NCBI GenBank assembly: GCA_001244265.2
Contig: CDLV01000006.1
Coordinates: forward strand, 2,728,001 to 2,792,000
DNA length: 64,000 nucleotides
Reading direction: 5' to 3'
From: Microbotryum violaceum
Taxonomy: Eukaryota
A program made the position numbers and the translations under genes. How positions within the stretch are numbered: position 1 is the first letter of the stretch; every line of letters begins with the position of its first letter. A model generated the notes under the pieces. That model was not told where the DNA came from. It was given only the letters and a program-made list of their open reading frames with translations, and searched no databases. Below are positions 23,645 through 37,626 of this stretch, one piece after another.

Positions 23645-24492
23645 AGTGGCTGTAGGTAGTGAGGTGCTTGGGTAGTAGTGAGGTGAGGCTGGAGGATGGT
23701 CCGAAGCGAGACGAGGCACACGATCGGAGGAGCGTCGATTACGTCGCAGGAGGGATGTTGGGGGAGAGCACCAGAGGTACCAGAGCGCGAGTTAGTCGGC
23801 GGCGGTTGAACGACGGTGAGCGTGTGGTCGGGTGTATCGCAGAAGCACGGATCGTCAGCAGAGCGAGTCTCGTCCACGAGCTCAGAGTGACTGTGACTGT
23901 GACTGACCTGGTTGGTGGAAGGTGCGATGGGAGAAGGACCCTTGTTCGTGTCCAGGCAAGAGGGTCAGCGGGCGCGGTGTGTTCGGGCGCGGGAGTCTCC
24001 TGGCCTCTCCTGCACAGTTCCTGCACTGGCACCTCCTGGCACTTCCTGGAGCTTCCCGGCACGGACGGCTGGCCAGGACCCGGGAAAGCTCAGCTCGAAT
24101 GTGCGTCTCGGCAATTTCTGGCCGATTCTGCCTGAGGGGTCGAATCTCTACCTCACGTCGTATATGGGAAGAGTCCCGAAAATATGACAAGTTCAATCTC
24201 AAAAAAATCGCTCCGACTCGGACCGCGTCCCTAAGACCTGCAAGTTGGCGATGACGAACATTTTCATTTTGCTAATCGTGAATTACCGCTTAAAGGACCC
24301 ACCTCCCGACCACGGCTTCCTTCCCCACCCACCGGTGACCTTTCGATTCGGCGCACTCGACACTACCCACACCAGCCAACAAACACCTCGGCGGCAAACT
24401 CTTACTCTGCCATTCGACGATTCGTAGCTGACCTTATCTGCAACATCGAGCCCCCACTCCGTCCCCTCCCCCCACGTCGCACCGACCTCAGC

Positions 24493-26212
24493 ATGGCCGG
24501 CTTTGACTTTGGGAACCACTTGAGGAACTCGTACCTCGGGCAGAGGAACGTTCATCTACCAAAGGTGCGTTCGAGCTTGGCACGCATTGGTCTGGTTGCG
24601 ACTTGACTTGTACGGAGATGATGGGACGCGGTTGGGCTACGAGGGAGGATGACGACGCGTGGTGTTTGCGCGGAGCAGAGGGCGTGCGCAAAATAATGTG
24701 GTATTCACCAACGAACCAAGTGTATACGACAAGCATAATGTTGGCGTCTTCCCTTCCTTGTGCAAGACGGCGGCCCCTTCTTGGCGTGTGCTCACCCACA
24801 TCCACCCTAATCGGCCTGCATCGACATCCACCGCGACTTTCACCAGCAAAAGCTCCATAAACAATCACAAACCGCTGACATCTATCTACTACTCCCATTT
24901 CTAGGCCACTTCGACCGGTACGACGATTGTTGGATGTCTCTTTGACGGCGGCGTCGTCATCGGCGCCGACACCAGGGCCACAGAGGGGTCCATCGTCGCC
25001 GACAAGAACTGCGAAAAGGTACATGCTCGCGAGTTATCTCATTAACAGAGTAGCTGTCGGTTGGCAAGGTGCTTGCGACCGCCACACGATGGCCTGATCG
25101 AGTTAGGGGTGGTGGTGACGCGTTGGCGGCTCCCCACCCTTGTCCTGGCAGCCACGCATTGAGTGTTGCTCACCACCAACCTGTACTCTGGCTCACGTGA
25201 TATAACAGATTCATTTCATCTCGGACAACATCCGATGTGCAGGTGCCGGTAAGTATCAGGGTGGCCCTTCAGCCCTTGAAAGTAGTCAAGCCTCATCCTC
25301 ACGCTGACTCCGTTTCCCATCACCCGCTCCAGGTACTGCCGCCGATACCGAGTTCACCACCGCATTGATCTCGTCCAACATTGCGCTTCATGCGTTGTCG
25401 ACGGGGAGGAAGCCTTTGGTCGTCACGGCCATGACCATGCTCAAGCAGATGCTCTTCCGGTACGTTCTTACTCGTCACACCACTCTGACGGAGCGCCACC
25501 CGGAGCTAGAACTAATCCACCAACCCCCCCACCCCACCCCAAATTCAAAACAGATACCAAGGTCAAGTCGGAGCCGCTCTCGTGCTCGGTGGAGTCGACG
25601 CGACCGGTTCTCACCTCTACACCGTCGCGCCACACGGATCGACCGATAAACTCCCCTACGTGACCATGGGTTCCGGTTCACTCGCCGCGATGGCCGTTTT
25701 CGAATCGGCTTGGAAACCCAACATGACTCGACAAGTCGCTCTCGAACTCGTTTGCGAGGCCATCGAAGCCGGTATCTTTAACGATCTTGGCTCGGGGAGT
25801 AATGTCGATGCTTGTATCATCGAGGCCAAGGGGACGGAGATGTTGAGGAATTATAGGATGCCGAATCAGAAGGTCGACAAGGAGAGGAGTTACAAGTGGA
25901 GGAGGTGAGTCGGACATATCAGAGGCGAAAGATGCTTTGCGTCGGACGAGAATGCTGATGACCGTTTGTCCAATTTGCTGGCTTGCTTGCCTGGGCCTAC
26001 AGAGGAACGACGGCTTACACCAAAGAAGGTACGTCGGGAATATAGGCTGGCGGCCTCGACGTCTGGAATTATACTGACGACTCATGCATCTTTGTCACTC
26101 CACAGAGGTCAAATACCACCTCGTTAAAGAGGAGGTCACCATCGTCGCTGGGGGCAAGGTCGCCGGTCCGGAAGGAACGGGCGCTGCGGCGGGGATGGAG
26201 GTTGATGCTTGA
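24493..26212 (+). CDS. PUP1: 20S proteasome subunit beta-2 (multi-exon)
   Basis: [12 protein letters not shown]...[10 protein letters not shown]...[17 protein letters not shown]...AGTAADTEF...LVLGGVD...[26 protein letters not shown]...[13 protein letters not shown]. Confidence 0.97.
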
Positions 26213-26634
26213 GTAACTTTTCAGTCTGATTGTTCTTAAAATGCAAGGTTTATGAAAACGTGCGTTTGTAGAGGTGGGCGTGCTTGCTAGCGAGTGACGG
26301 CAAGAGAAGATTCAAGACGACGCCGGAGAGGTGGGCGCCCGCGACCGAGTAGTCCGAGAAGGGGTACTCGAGGCAACAGCCAATCCAAGTGTAACCTCCT
26401 TCTTTTTCCTAGGTAGCTTCTGGTGAAGAATGCAGAGCTATGCGAATCTTATTGCCGGATGATGACGCGGCCGTTGACTTTTGACCTCCACATTTCGACC
26501 CCATGCCCGATCGCCGGCGGGAGCAAGGCCGAGTAAGAATTGGCCAGAATTGGGCTTGGCTTGAATCGAAATAACTCCCTTCCTAGTCCCGCCCTTACGC
26601 TTCCCTTCCCTTCCTTTCTCTCCTCCATCTGAGC

Positions 26635-28262
26635 ATGTCCTTTCGCCATTTGTACCATAACCTCCGCTTCAAGACCGTGCTCAAAACCGCTACCGCTACC
26701 ATGATGACGGCCGAATCCCTACCCGTACTCGTTTCCCTCCCCTCCAATCCAAGTTACTCTACCGAACCTCTCTCCGAAGGTGAAACCTACCTTTCGACCC
26801 AACATCATAAAAAAGGAGGCGGTTTCGTCAACCCTTGGGCTTCGTTCAGTGATTTAGGAATGGGTCCTATGGTGTTAGTCAACATGTGGAGGGATTGGAA
26901 GAAAGTCAAGATCCCACCTTTGAAAGAACTCCCACCTTTCGTAGGGGACGTTGATTGGGGTAAAGGGAGGACGGATTGGAAGGATAAGATTAAGGCGACT
27001 TGGTTGGGTCATGCGTGTTATGTCGTCGCGTTTCCGTCGACGGTCGAGGGGGCTAAGAGAGGTCCGAGGGTATTGTTTGATCCGATTTTTAGTCAGAGAT
27101 GTTCGCCTTCGCAGTGTGAGTTGAGAGGAGCACCACTTTTTTTTTTGAGCGTTGAAGTTTTTGAATACCAAAGAATCAGGCGACACTGAACATCTCACTT
27201 CATCTCTACTTAGACGTCGGCCCAGCGCGCGTAACCAAACCCCCTATCGAGCTCTCCCAACTTCCCGAGATCGATGCCGTCATCATCAGTCACAATCACT
27301 ACGACCATTTGGATCTCGATACATTACGTCACATACACTCTTCCCAAGCGCCCGGTTCGGTTCATTTCTTTGCCCCTTTGGGGAATAAGGATTGGTTCAA
27401 GAGTAATATTGGGACCAAGGAAGAAGAAGTGACTGAATTAGATTGGTGGGGGGAGAGAGAGTTGGTTATGCAGATTGGGGATAATGGACAGAAGGAGAAG
27501 TTGAGAGTGGTTTGTACGCCTTGTCAGCATGTGAGTACTGAGCGACTTTTTTGGGCCTGGGCGATCAGAAGTTCTGATGACGCTGGGCTTTCACAGTTTA
27601 CCGGGCGAAGCCCCTTCGATCGTAATGCGACACTTTGGGCCTCCTGGGCCGTCGTCGCTCAAAAGGGTCGCGTATGGTTCGGCGGTGATACGGGATACAA
27701 AGCCGTACCTCGTGGGGCCAACCCTGAGCACGAAGCGGGGTTACCGACATGTCCTGCGTTCAAGGAGATTGGTCAACGTTTCGGCGGTTTCGATTTCGCG
27801 ATGATTCCGATTGGGGCTTATTCGCCTAGGTGAGGGAAGACTGGTGAGAGACTTCTCAAGATGTTCGTGATGGTTAGCTCATAATTTTGAGATGCATTGG
27901 GTTTTGGGCAGGTGGTTCATGTCCCGCATTCATGCCAACCCTAGTGACGCTGTTCATATCCACCAGGACGTGCAAAGTCGTCAATCCGCTCCGATGCATT
28001 TCGCTACTTTCGTACTGACGGATGAAGAGGTACTTTTGTTCGCCATATCCCCAAATGCGACAGCTCACTGACTTTTCCCCGAACTCCGGTCTCGTGATAG
28101 ATGACCGAGCCACCTCGTCTTCTCCGCCAAGAATGCGACAAGCGAGGGATCAAAGAGGCCGAGTTCAGAGTTGGCGGGTTCGGCGAGACCGTAGCGGCCG
28201 AAGCGACGTCGCGCTGCCCAGAACTGGGCGCCGACAATGGTGCGCCCAAGTCCAAGATGTAG
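26635..28262 (+). CDS. Metallo-beta-lactamase-fold hydrolase, NAPE-PLD/Fmp30-like (multi-exon)
   Basis: FVNPW, TWLGHAC, FDPIFSQRCSP, ISHNHYDHLD (HxHxDH), ELDWW, TPCQH, LWASWAV, FGGDTGY, IPIGAYSPRWFM. Confidence 0.92.
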
Positions 28263-28543
28263 GAGCATGTAGGGCTACTAGATTGGAGATAAGAGTCTTC
28301 ATGTGTACCTTACTTTCGTGCGTCCGTGTTTCCAGAGGTACAGAAGGGTCTTGTATATCATGACAGTATGTTGCAAGATTTGCTTCCTTTCAGGTGTTGT
28401 TGCTGTATGCTAGATCGGAGAGGGGAGAGGACTTTCAGAGTTGGGGGACTAGATGAGACAGGGTAAAATTGAGAAAGTGATACAAGCAATTATTTCGCAG
28501 GGGAGAAAGTGAAAACTGGATCATCACGTTGGAGTGTGGTAAA

Positions 28544-31500
28544 TCACTTGGAGTAAGGTGCTCGACTGGCGAGGTTGGTCCCGTCGAAAGCATCCACCAC
28601 CCAGATGCTACCCGACTCGCGTTCAACCCCAGTACCCCACTGTCAGGCATTCGACAAAAAGTCACATCCGTCAGCTCCGAAGCCCACAACATGTGAAAGT
28701 ATCCATTGAACGACTCACCTCCCCGGCATCTTCGAACTCGGTCCCATTGACCCACCGCTTCCACGCCTCGAAAACACCCGCTTCCATATTCCTCACCCAC
28801 CGCCTCGTATCGAACAATGGACTCGTCTCGCGCGTAAGATACAACGTCTTTCTCATGTCCGCCAATTCACCTCGGCCAATTCGTTGTTGCCTCGAGTAAA
28901 TCGATTGAGCAGGGGCGGCAGGGTCAGGGAGGACGTAGTCGTAAGTCAGAGTCGAGGCGAGTTGTAGAGCACGTTTTTCATATTCCTCGTCTGAGGAGAC
29001 GATCATGCGTGGTCCGAGACCGGTCGCGACGGCGATCGAGGCGGCAACTCGGGAAGCCATCTTGTGCGCGTGACGAGGGTAGGTGAGAAGAGGGGTCCCG
29101 GACCATAAGATATCGGCTGCGGTCGTATGCGCGTTGCACTGCATCGCATCAGGCGAGAAAAAGTAGGCTTCAAAGTCAGCAAGATTCGAAGAAGTAGTCG
29201 GATCGGTCTCGCGCACCTCAGTCGTATCCAGGAACAGGTCGGCAACGCGGCCACGTCGAACATGTTCGTTCTGCGAGTAAACAGGTGATCGATGAGCACG
29301 CAAAAAAAGACACTTCGCAAGGATCAAGCTGCGTACCTTGTTGGCCACATCGGTAAAGATGATTCGAGCGGCAACCTCGGGTCCGGCCCACTTGAGCGCC
29401 GTGCTCTTAAGATGCGCTTCGCCTGGCGCGGGGAAGCGCAAGAGCCATAAGATGGAGTTGGGGAATTTAGCGAGGATGTTGAGCCAGATGCGGAAGATGA
29501 AGGGGTCGATCTATGCGATGCATAGATCATGCCACGGATCAGCTTCCAAGGTTCTGAGAGGTCATGACAAATCCCGTGAACGCACCTTGTACAGCTGGTT
29601 CCAATTGGCAAAGATGAAGGTGTCGTCTCGGATGCCGGGGAATAACTCTCGACGCATATGCCATCGTCTAGCCTCCTCGATCGCGTATAGCTCATTGGGC
29701 ATACCCGAGTGCACAAAGGGAGGCTCGCCAACGGTCAAACCGGCGGTTTCGTCTTCGCGCCAAGCTTGCTTGTGGTCCGTCACGAAGTACGAGTGCGGGA
29801 GGTACAGCACTGTGATGGGTGGCAAAGCGATGGTCGGCAACTCTGAAAGCCAACATGTATCATTAACACTCACGTTTCTCCGTGTAGACATAGTCCTCGG
29901 TCATCGCTTCGGGGTCCGGATCACCCTCAAAGTCGGTCGGGCTATCGACCCCCTGTACATCCGGGGAGGCGGCCTTGAGACCGGCGCGCGCGCGCCAATG
30001 GTCACCCGAAACGAGGCCAGGCGGACAAACGATGGGATCTGCAATACGATTACCACTGCATCAGCGCACCCACACATACTTCTTTACTCGAAGTGCAACT
30101 CACCAACGATGAAGTAATCGCACCACCCCGCCGCAAGCGTTCCCGCAAAACCCATGTAACTCATCTGCACCGGTGCCGGCCGCGCCGCAAAGATCTCGTT
30201 CTTCGCACCTTTCGTATACCCCGATAAATTGATCAAGACATGAATTTCGTCGCGGACAATTTGGTCGACGATCTCTTGCGTCGAACGGGCGGAAACGTCG
30301 TAGAAGTTCTGACTTTCAGCCTCGATCTTGAGTCGATAGGGCGAGCGATCGCTCGCCGAGGTCGCGTAGACGAAGATGTTGAAGCAGGTCGTGTCGTGGA
30401 AACCAAAGACACTCTGCATGAGGTGCGACAAAGGGTGGTTGCCGAGATCGCTGGAGACGTACCCGATGTTGAGAACACCTTGAATCGGCGGGCGCGGAGG
30501 GGGAAGCACGAAATCGGGCATCCAGGGTTGGTTGAGGGTCGCACGCGAGATGCTCAAACCGGTACGATGCGAGATGAGTCGAATCTCTCTTGCGCTAACG
30601 GGCAAGGTGAAGCAGTGGAATGGAAGGACGGTTGGCACACCCACGGGAGGTAAGACGGGTGGCAGCATTGGTCGGCGATAACTGACGAGATCCTCGGGCG
30701 TCGGCATGATGCGCAGAGCGGTGGGTGCGGCCGCGATGTTGGGGCCGTAGGTCGAAATGTACCATCGTCGTTGGATGCGGCGCATCAAGCGTTCGACAAG
30801 TCGAATGAGGTACCCGCCTTCGTTGTGAGGGTAGGTCTTGCGGTTTTTGGGGTTGAGGAGAAACTCGAGGCGGAATTTCCAGGTCGACATCGCGTCGCCG
30901 ACTTGTTCAGGCGCCAGCCCATAGATCGCCTGACTGATGATGCGCAGCCAGTGGTCAAGATCTCCGACGGCGCGCAGAGAGCCGGCGCCGTACCCCATCC
31001 CATCGGCGAGCTGTGAGCCAACGAGCGCCGAAATCTGACCCATGTACCCCGAACTGGAGCTGAATGCACCTGCCTTAGCGGGCGGGGCAGGCGCGAGCCT
31101 CGTCTCGTTGTCGACAATCCATTCTTCGTTGACGCCACCGCGGCCAGCCCAGTCGCAGACGCCGCCGAGCGCATTGACGAGCCCACAGGTTGCCTCAGGG
31201 AAGTTGGGGTTCAGCTCGACGGCGCGCTTGTAGTAAGGGATGGATTCTTGGATCTGACCCGAATCCTTAATCGCATTCGCAAGGTTCGCCAAGGCCACGT
31301 CGAATTTGGGATTGCATTCGACCGCTTTCTTGTAGTGCCGGATCGCTTCGGGAAGGTTGCCCATGTCCTTCAGCAACGATCCGAGATTCGTGTACAGGTG
31401 TGGGTGCTTAGTATCAAGTTTGAGTCCGGCGTTGTAGTATCGTAAAGCAAAGTCTTGACCCGACAATACTGAACGGGGTGAAGTTGGAGGGAGCCCCAAC

Positions 31501-34500
31501 TGGGCAGGGGCAACTATTGCCGTTGCGTTGACCGTCGACAGCAGAATTCCGAGATTGTTGCAAGTCGAGGGCGAAGGGTGCAGCGCGAGGGCGAGGTAGT
31601 ACATCGGTAAGAGCAACGATGGCGAGCAAGGGATACCCCCTAGCGTCAGTTTGTTGGCTGGGCCCGACTGAGCAGCCGAGTCCTGGAACACCTTGGCGAG
31701 CGTCAAGAGCATGGTGCTCGTCGTTTGCTTGACCTGCTGGATCGCGGTCGCCTTGCTGGGGTCGTCTATTCCGTCGGCTTCCCGCATCGAAGGAAGTACC
31801 CCTTGAAACTCTCCGAAGATGTAAGGTAGCATCCGGAAAGTCTGCTCTGGAGTGACGAGAACGGCGGGCAAGACACCGCCGCCGAGTCGGAGGAGACCTT
31901 CGACGTAGTGATCGCCGCCTCGCTGGATGATCCCGATGAGGTGGGCAAAATTCATTCTGCCGCGCTCATCGGCTAAACCCAACTTGTGCAGAACATCCCC
32001 GACAGCATGTCGAGACTCTGAAGAGTTTCCATTGAATTGAGCATGCGTATTGAGGACCTTGGCCATGATAAACGCTGCAACAACGAAATCACGAGTCGAG
32101 CATCCGCCGACGGGGTAGATCGTCGTCTGGCTCGCGCGGATCGAAGCTGGAAGTGAGAGCGCCAACTCGATTGCCTTCTCGTACTCTTCCTGCGCTGCAG
32201 CCGCATTATGCACGGCCAGTCGGAGGTTGCCCTTGGCGTACAGCAAATTCTGCAGGCGGTGGACCTGGTTCATCGGGATGCTCTGGGGTAGTCGACGTGG
32301 TCTTTCGAGCTTGCCTTCAGGCGAGGCGTAGGTTGCGATCGCGTCCCTGCTGGGCTCGAACCCGATTGACAGGCCGGATTCGCTGGCAAAGATTTGCACT
32401 TCGACAAAGTTGCACAGCTCAAGCGCCTGTTGATACCTCGGTTCGGTGGCTGGCGCAGGCGCCCCATCTGATCCACCATTCTGGCCTTGTTGAGACGTGG
32501 AAACGGGGTTGCACAAGACCCCGAGCAGGTTTTCTGTCGCGTCCCAATACGTCGGCCGCAGTTTGATCGCTTTCCACCACCATGCCTCCGCTTCCTGCCA
32601 TCTTCCCATTGCGCGCAGTGTCGTGCCAATATTTGACATTGCTTCGACCTTTAAAAACCCCGGACATACGTTTAATCAGCAGAGGCTCAAGTGAACCCCG
32701 AATCAGAACAAAGGACTCACATAACCAGGGTCCTTCATCAACAGCTTCTTGTTGTAGTACAGCGAGCTCTCGTATTCGCCCCGGGTGTAATAGACGCAGC
32801 TCGAAAGTAAGAGCGTCGGCAAATGATCGGGATGTATTTCCTCGAGCGTGTGCAGTAGTGGGAGCAAGTCCGACGAGTAGGGATCTTTAGCGTAGAGTGA
32901 ATGCGCGTAGGAAAGAAAGTAGTCGCGCTTCTCGGGGGTGAACTCGCCTCCGAGATTGACTTGCTCGAGTATTGTCGAGACGGCAGCAGAGGCCTGACTT
33001 ATTGGATCTGCGGCTGAGGAAAGATCTACTGTCGAGTCGGCTGCTGAGGTAGTAGCTCCGGGCTCGGAAGGTGCCGTTGTGGATGGTGTCGAGGTGGGGG
33101 GAGCAGCGATCGTCTCGGGTCTCAACTCAAGGAGATCCAGACCTCCGACATGTGATCGATCCTGAATGTGTTGCGGAACATCCACTCCGAGGTTCTCGAG
33201 CGCAGTGCCTGCAACGCTAGCCATCTCCTTCGCCGCCAACGAATTAGCCGCGATCGCTGCGGCCGCGGCAGCCTGGACATGAATCGCTTGAGCCTGCTCG
33301 GTACCGCCTGTAATCTGCGCCAAGCCGTTCAGCGAGAAGTCGGTCGGTGTAATTGCCGAACTTGTTGATGCCGAAGCCGCCTGGTGTGCAAGATCTGGTC
33401 CTGAAGAAGTGGCATTCTGGGCAACGGGGGATTGCGCAGCGTTTGCGAGACGCTTGACGGCTTCTCTGTGCAATTGAGCAAAGTACCCACTCGCGAGCGC
33501 ATCCAGCTGTCGTTTGTATGTTGCAGCGTAGGCCGAAAGGTCGATGTTGAGAGTGTCTTTCGCTTTCAAGCCCGATGTCGAGGTCGGGATCGATGTCGGA
33601 GACGCACCACTAGCACTCGAGGATCTGGCGGCAGCTTCCACGGCCAAGAGGACCGCCTTTTCCTTGTTCGCCTCGACTTGTTGTCCCACCTGATCGACTT
33701 GCTCCTTCAGAGCCCACCTGGCCATCCGTTTCGCGATGGTCGAGATTTCGCGTTCACTAAACGAAGGTAAGGGAGCCATCGGCGGCCGAGCAGTAGAAGA
33801 TGAAGGGTCGGATACGGAGGAAGGGGTAGTGGGTGCGCGTTTGGCCTGGGCAACGCGCTCTCGTGCGGCTTGGTACGACCAGTCTTCAATGCTTGAGAAT
33901 ATGGGTTTCTTCGATAACCAGCCCAAGGGGCCTTCGCTCGCCGGAGTCGAAGGCGCGACGATGCCAGGAGTCGGCGGCGAGAATACCTGACCGAGCAGGA
34001 GGGGTAGAGCCGGGTGATCGCCGATGGACGTGAAGGGAAGCGACGGTCTCCTCGCCGGAATCTCGGCATTCGGACTGGACTTCGTGCTCGACCCATGTCC
34101 ATTGGGCTCGTTCCCGACCCCATTCTCTCCGCTTGTCGGCTCCGATCCGCTTATTGGGGCGTTGGGTCCGAACAGCTCGGACCCTTCGAGGTCGGGTACC
34201 AGTGCGCTCGGAGACGGCGGAGGCAACGCCATGGAAGAGAGGTACGATGCGGCATCCATCCTGGTAGCGATTCTTCGCTGTTCTGTCGGCGAGTTCGTGC
34301 GGGCGAGGGTGAGCAGTAGGGGTGCCGGCAAGCTAAGGATCGAGGCGACCTGGACAGCAGTTTGCACGACTTGATTCGGCACCGGCTGCGATGCGGGCAA
34401 AACGGGGAAATGGGTCGAGCTTGAGTAGGGGGAACGTAGATAGGTCGGCGAAGGATCTGGTGAGGATGCAGATGGAAGGTCGAACGGAATTTGAGAAGTC

Positions 34501-34981
34501 AAACTCCTCGAAGCAGACACGGCTCGAGCACGAGCAAGATCGAGACGAGGAGGTCGAAATTGCTGGGATTGCTGGGAACCCGTGGTCGAATGAAGTTGTG
34601 AAGGCGTTCCATCAGCTGGCTGAACATCCGTAAGATCCAAGTTTAAGATCTGCGTCAGCTTCTGCGCTGGCTGTTACACCTCCCTCGGAGCAAAGTAATG
34701 CCCGAGAAGAGCGAAACCCAGACTAGACGGACCTTCTGGGGTGCGCCAGAGATTGCAAGTGGAGGAGACGGAGGGAGCGCCTGTAAAGCGGATGTGGACG
34801 GTAACGACGACAAGCTCATCTCGATCTCGGGTCCCGGTGTTGTGGTCTCGCTCGAATTGATGACGGCTGGTATGGGGATCTCGGAGGTCGAGGGCATCGC
34901 GAGGCCGACACCGCCGCCGATCGCCGGTGTTTGGTGGTGCGAAGCGGGCGCGCCCTGAGCGTCGACGTGACTGTCCGACAT
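28544..34981 (-). CDS. OGT: O-GlcNAc transferase (GT41, TPR-containing) with long low-complexity N-terminus (multi-exon)
   Basis: TPRs (e.g. HPHLYTNLGSLLKDMGNLPEAIRHYKKAVECNPKFDVALANLANAIKDSG) and catalytic motifs IGYVSSDLGNHPLSHLM, LINLSGYTKGAKNEIFAARPAPVQMSYMGFAGT, FANWNQLYK, CNAHTTAADILWSGTP, SPLFDT. The start codon at 34981 is tentative. Confidence 0.93.
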
Positions 34982-35753
34982 GGTGGAGCAAGCCGACGAA
35001 ATTGACGGAGCTGAGGGAGAGTGGTGTTACGAATGGTCAGTATGCAGAGTTGGAATCAAGCTTCACGCTACTCGGCGATGAGCTGGGCCCTCCGACTTAC
35101 CCCGCGTGCCGTGAAAGCGGTTAGCTGGTTTGCACAACCGAAGCCGAACGGGTGGTATACGGTAGCTCCCAGCTCAATGTCACTCGAGCGCGCGTCCACG
35201 AACGCCAACGAAAGCCGAGTGGAAAGGGGGCGAAAAGGGTACACGGCACCTGCCGATTCAGCCACTGGCCAGCCGTGGAGATGGCAGCGAGGCGGGAGCT
35301 GAACAAGCTCAACACGGCGTGCCAGACGAGGCGGCAACCGGAGAAAACGAGGGTGGTACCTGGTGGTACTATTAGGGTCGTCAGTCGTGACTTGGCCAGC
35401 GCGGGTAGGCGCGAGTAGGCGCGGGCCCGTCGATGACGGCATCGTCTGGCATCGTCCGGGGCGGGGTCGCGCGCGCGCAGCTGGGCCCTACAAGTTGGCT
35501 CAGGGTTTTGCTGGCCGGAGTGCCTCACGTGGGCGGCTCGGTCTATCTCCTGATCACGGCCCGCAGTCGTCCCCCGCCGGTGCGACGTCGTACCGCTCAG
35601 GTGCCGCCACGCTCAAGCTCCTCTTTCACACCCTACAACATGGCTACACGCCACATTGCCTAGGTTGAAACCCACCGTGGATTTGAGATTCACTGCTTTG
35701 GCCCTCAAGCGATCGTACGGTCTCAGGTCTGACGTGGCCACGCCGACACTGCA

Positions 35754-37580
35754 ATGTCAAAGGCTCCCATCAAGACCAAGGAAGGCAAGACGACTCCCCA
35801 ACCTCCGACCTCTGCAACTTCGTCGCCTTTGCTCCGTACGACGGTGTCATTGGTGCTCTTGCAGCTCTTCTCGCGCCTGTTCTCCTTCTCGCTCAACCAG
35901 CTCTTGCTCCGATCGACTACACCCGAGGCGCTCGGCGTCGCGACGATCGGCTTCGATGTCGCACGTGATACAGGACTCTTCTTTATCCGCGAAGGTTTAC
36001 GTGGCGCCGTCATTGTGCGTCCGCTTTCCGCCGGTCGTGACCTGTCGTGGCGGCGACGTCGATGTGGGGTTACCCCGCACGTGACTCACCACCGTGTCTC
36101 CTCTTCTTCGCCCACAGCGAACCCGCGCGGCGTCTGGGTCGTTTTCGGCCACGAACGAGCAGCTTGTGCAACAAACCCTTCTCCTTCCCGCGTTGCTGTC
36201 ACCTCTGCTCCTCCTGCTGTATCCCCTCTCGGCTCGGGTGCTCACCTCGCCCTCGTTGGCTCGCCCACCCCACTTTTACTCCGCCCTATCCCTCTACGTC
36301 CTCTCGGCCTTTTTCGAGCTCTGGTCCGAACGCGACTACTTGCTCACCCTCCGGCAATGGGAGGCACTGACGTCAAAACGAGTCAGAGTGGAGGGGTTCG
36401 CCGTCGGCGTCAAAGCGCTCGTCACGTTCGCTGTCGTCGCAAGGGGCGGGGAGCGCTGGGCTTTGTTGGCGTTCGGCGTCGGTCAGGCCGCGTACGGCTT
36501 GACCTTGCTTGTCGGCCTACGGTGGTCGGTTCAGAGGATACGAGGGGCGATCCAGGCACCCTCCATCTGGTCGTTGCAGAAACTTGTAGCTCCGCCAACC
36601 GAATTCACCGACATCCAGGCTCCCCCGACGCGTCGTCGCTTCGATCCCGAACTCACCTCCCTTGGCTGGGCCTTAACGAAACAATCCTTCATCAAACAGA
36701 TCCTCACCGAAGCCGACAAGATCGCCATCAGTCAACTCTCGACCAGCCGTGACCAAGGTGGCTACGCCCTCGCGTTGAACTACGGCTCCTTGATCGCTCG
36801 CATCCTCTTCCAACCTTTGGAAGAATCCTCCCGCCTCTACTTTTCGCGGCAACTTTCGACGCGACCTTCGCATACGCTCATGGCGTCGTTGTTACTCTTG
36901 CATACCCATCTTTCCCTCATTTTCATCCTCCTCGTACCACCCTATATCCCAGCATTATTGTACCACCTACTCGGCCAACGCTGGGCCGCCTCCTCAGCAA
37001 CCTCTATCCTGCAAGCCTACTTCTTCTACCTCCCCTTCCTCGCATTGAACGGCATCACCGAAGCCTACTTCCAAGCAATCGCTTCACAAGCCAATCTGAG
37101 GAAAGGTTCTTATTGGATGGGCGTGTGTTCGATTGGATTCGTTGCGGCTGTTGGGGTCGGAACGAGGATGGGATGGGCCGAGCGGGGTTTGATCATGGCG
37201 AATTGCGTTAATATGGCGATGAGGATTGGCTTCTCATTGAAGTTTATTTGGAGGGATGCTAAAGGGGTTGAATGTTTACAGCTGAGGAATTGGACACCTA
37301 GGATACCGACCGTGATCGTGTTTACGGGAGCGGGGTCGATCGTCAGATGGAGTGCGGGGACGTGGGATTGGAAATCGTTGACGGGACTCGTTCGACATGT
37401 TGCAGTAGGCACTTTGGTTGGGTTGGGTTGTCTGGCTTTCACGTGAGTTTCTCTTCAATGATCCTTCTTGTTGAGTTGTTGTTCGAAAGCTAATCCTTTT
37501 CTTGCCCATCTCACAGATTCGTCATGGAACGTCGCCGCGTCGCGAGCTTGTATCAATTGATCAAAGCAAAGTCAGAATAG
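35754..37580 (+). CDS. RFT1: Rft1, Man5GlcNAc2-PP-dolichol translocation protein (3 exons)
   Basis: LQLFSRLFSFSLNQLLLR, FFIREGLR, QSFIKQILTEADK, DQGGYALALNYGSLIARILFQPLEESSRLYFS, YLPFLALNGITEAY. Confidence 0.95.
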
Positions 37581-37626
37581 AGTAAACACAAAAGTGGTTA
37601 CAAATACAACATATCACAGGAGAAGC

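Noticed and set aside
35754-36752. 332-aa ORF as a separate gene
   Set aside because: Only its first ~87 codons are RFT1 exon 1; the rest is intron and out-of-frame read-through.
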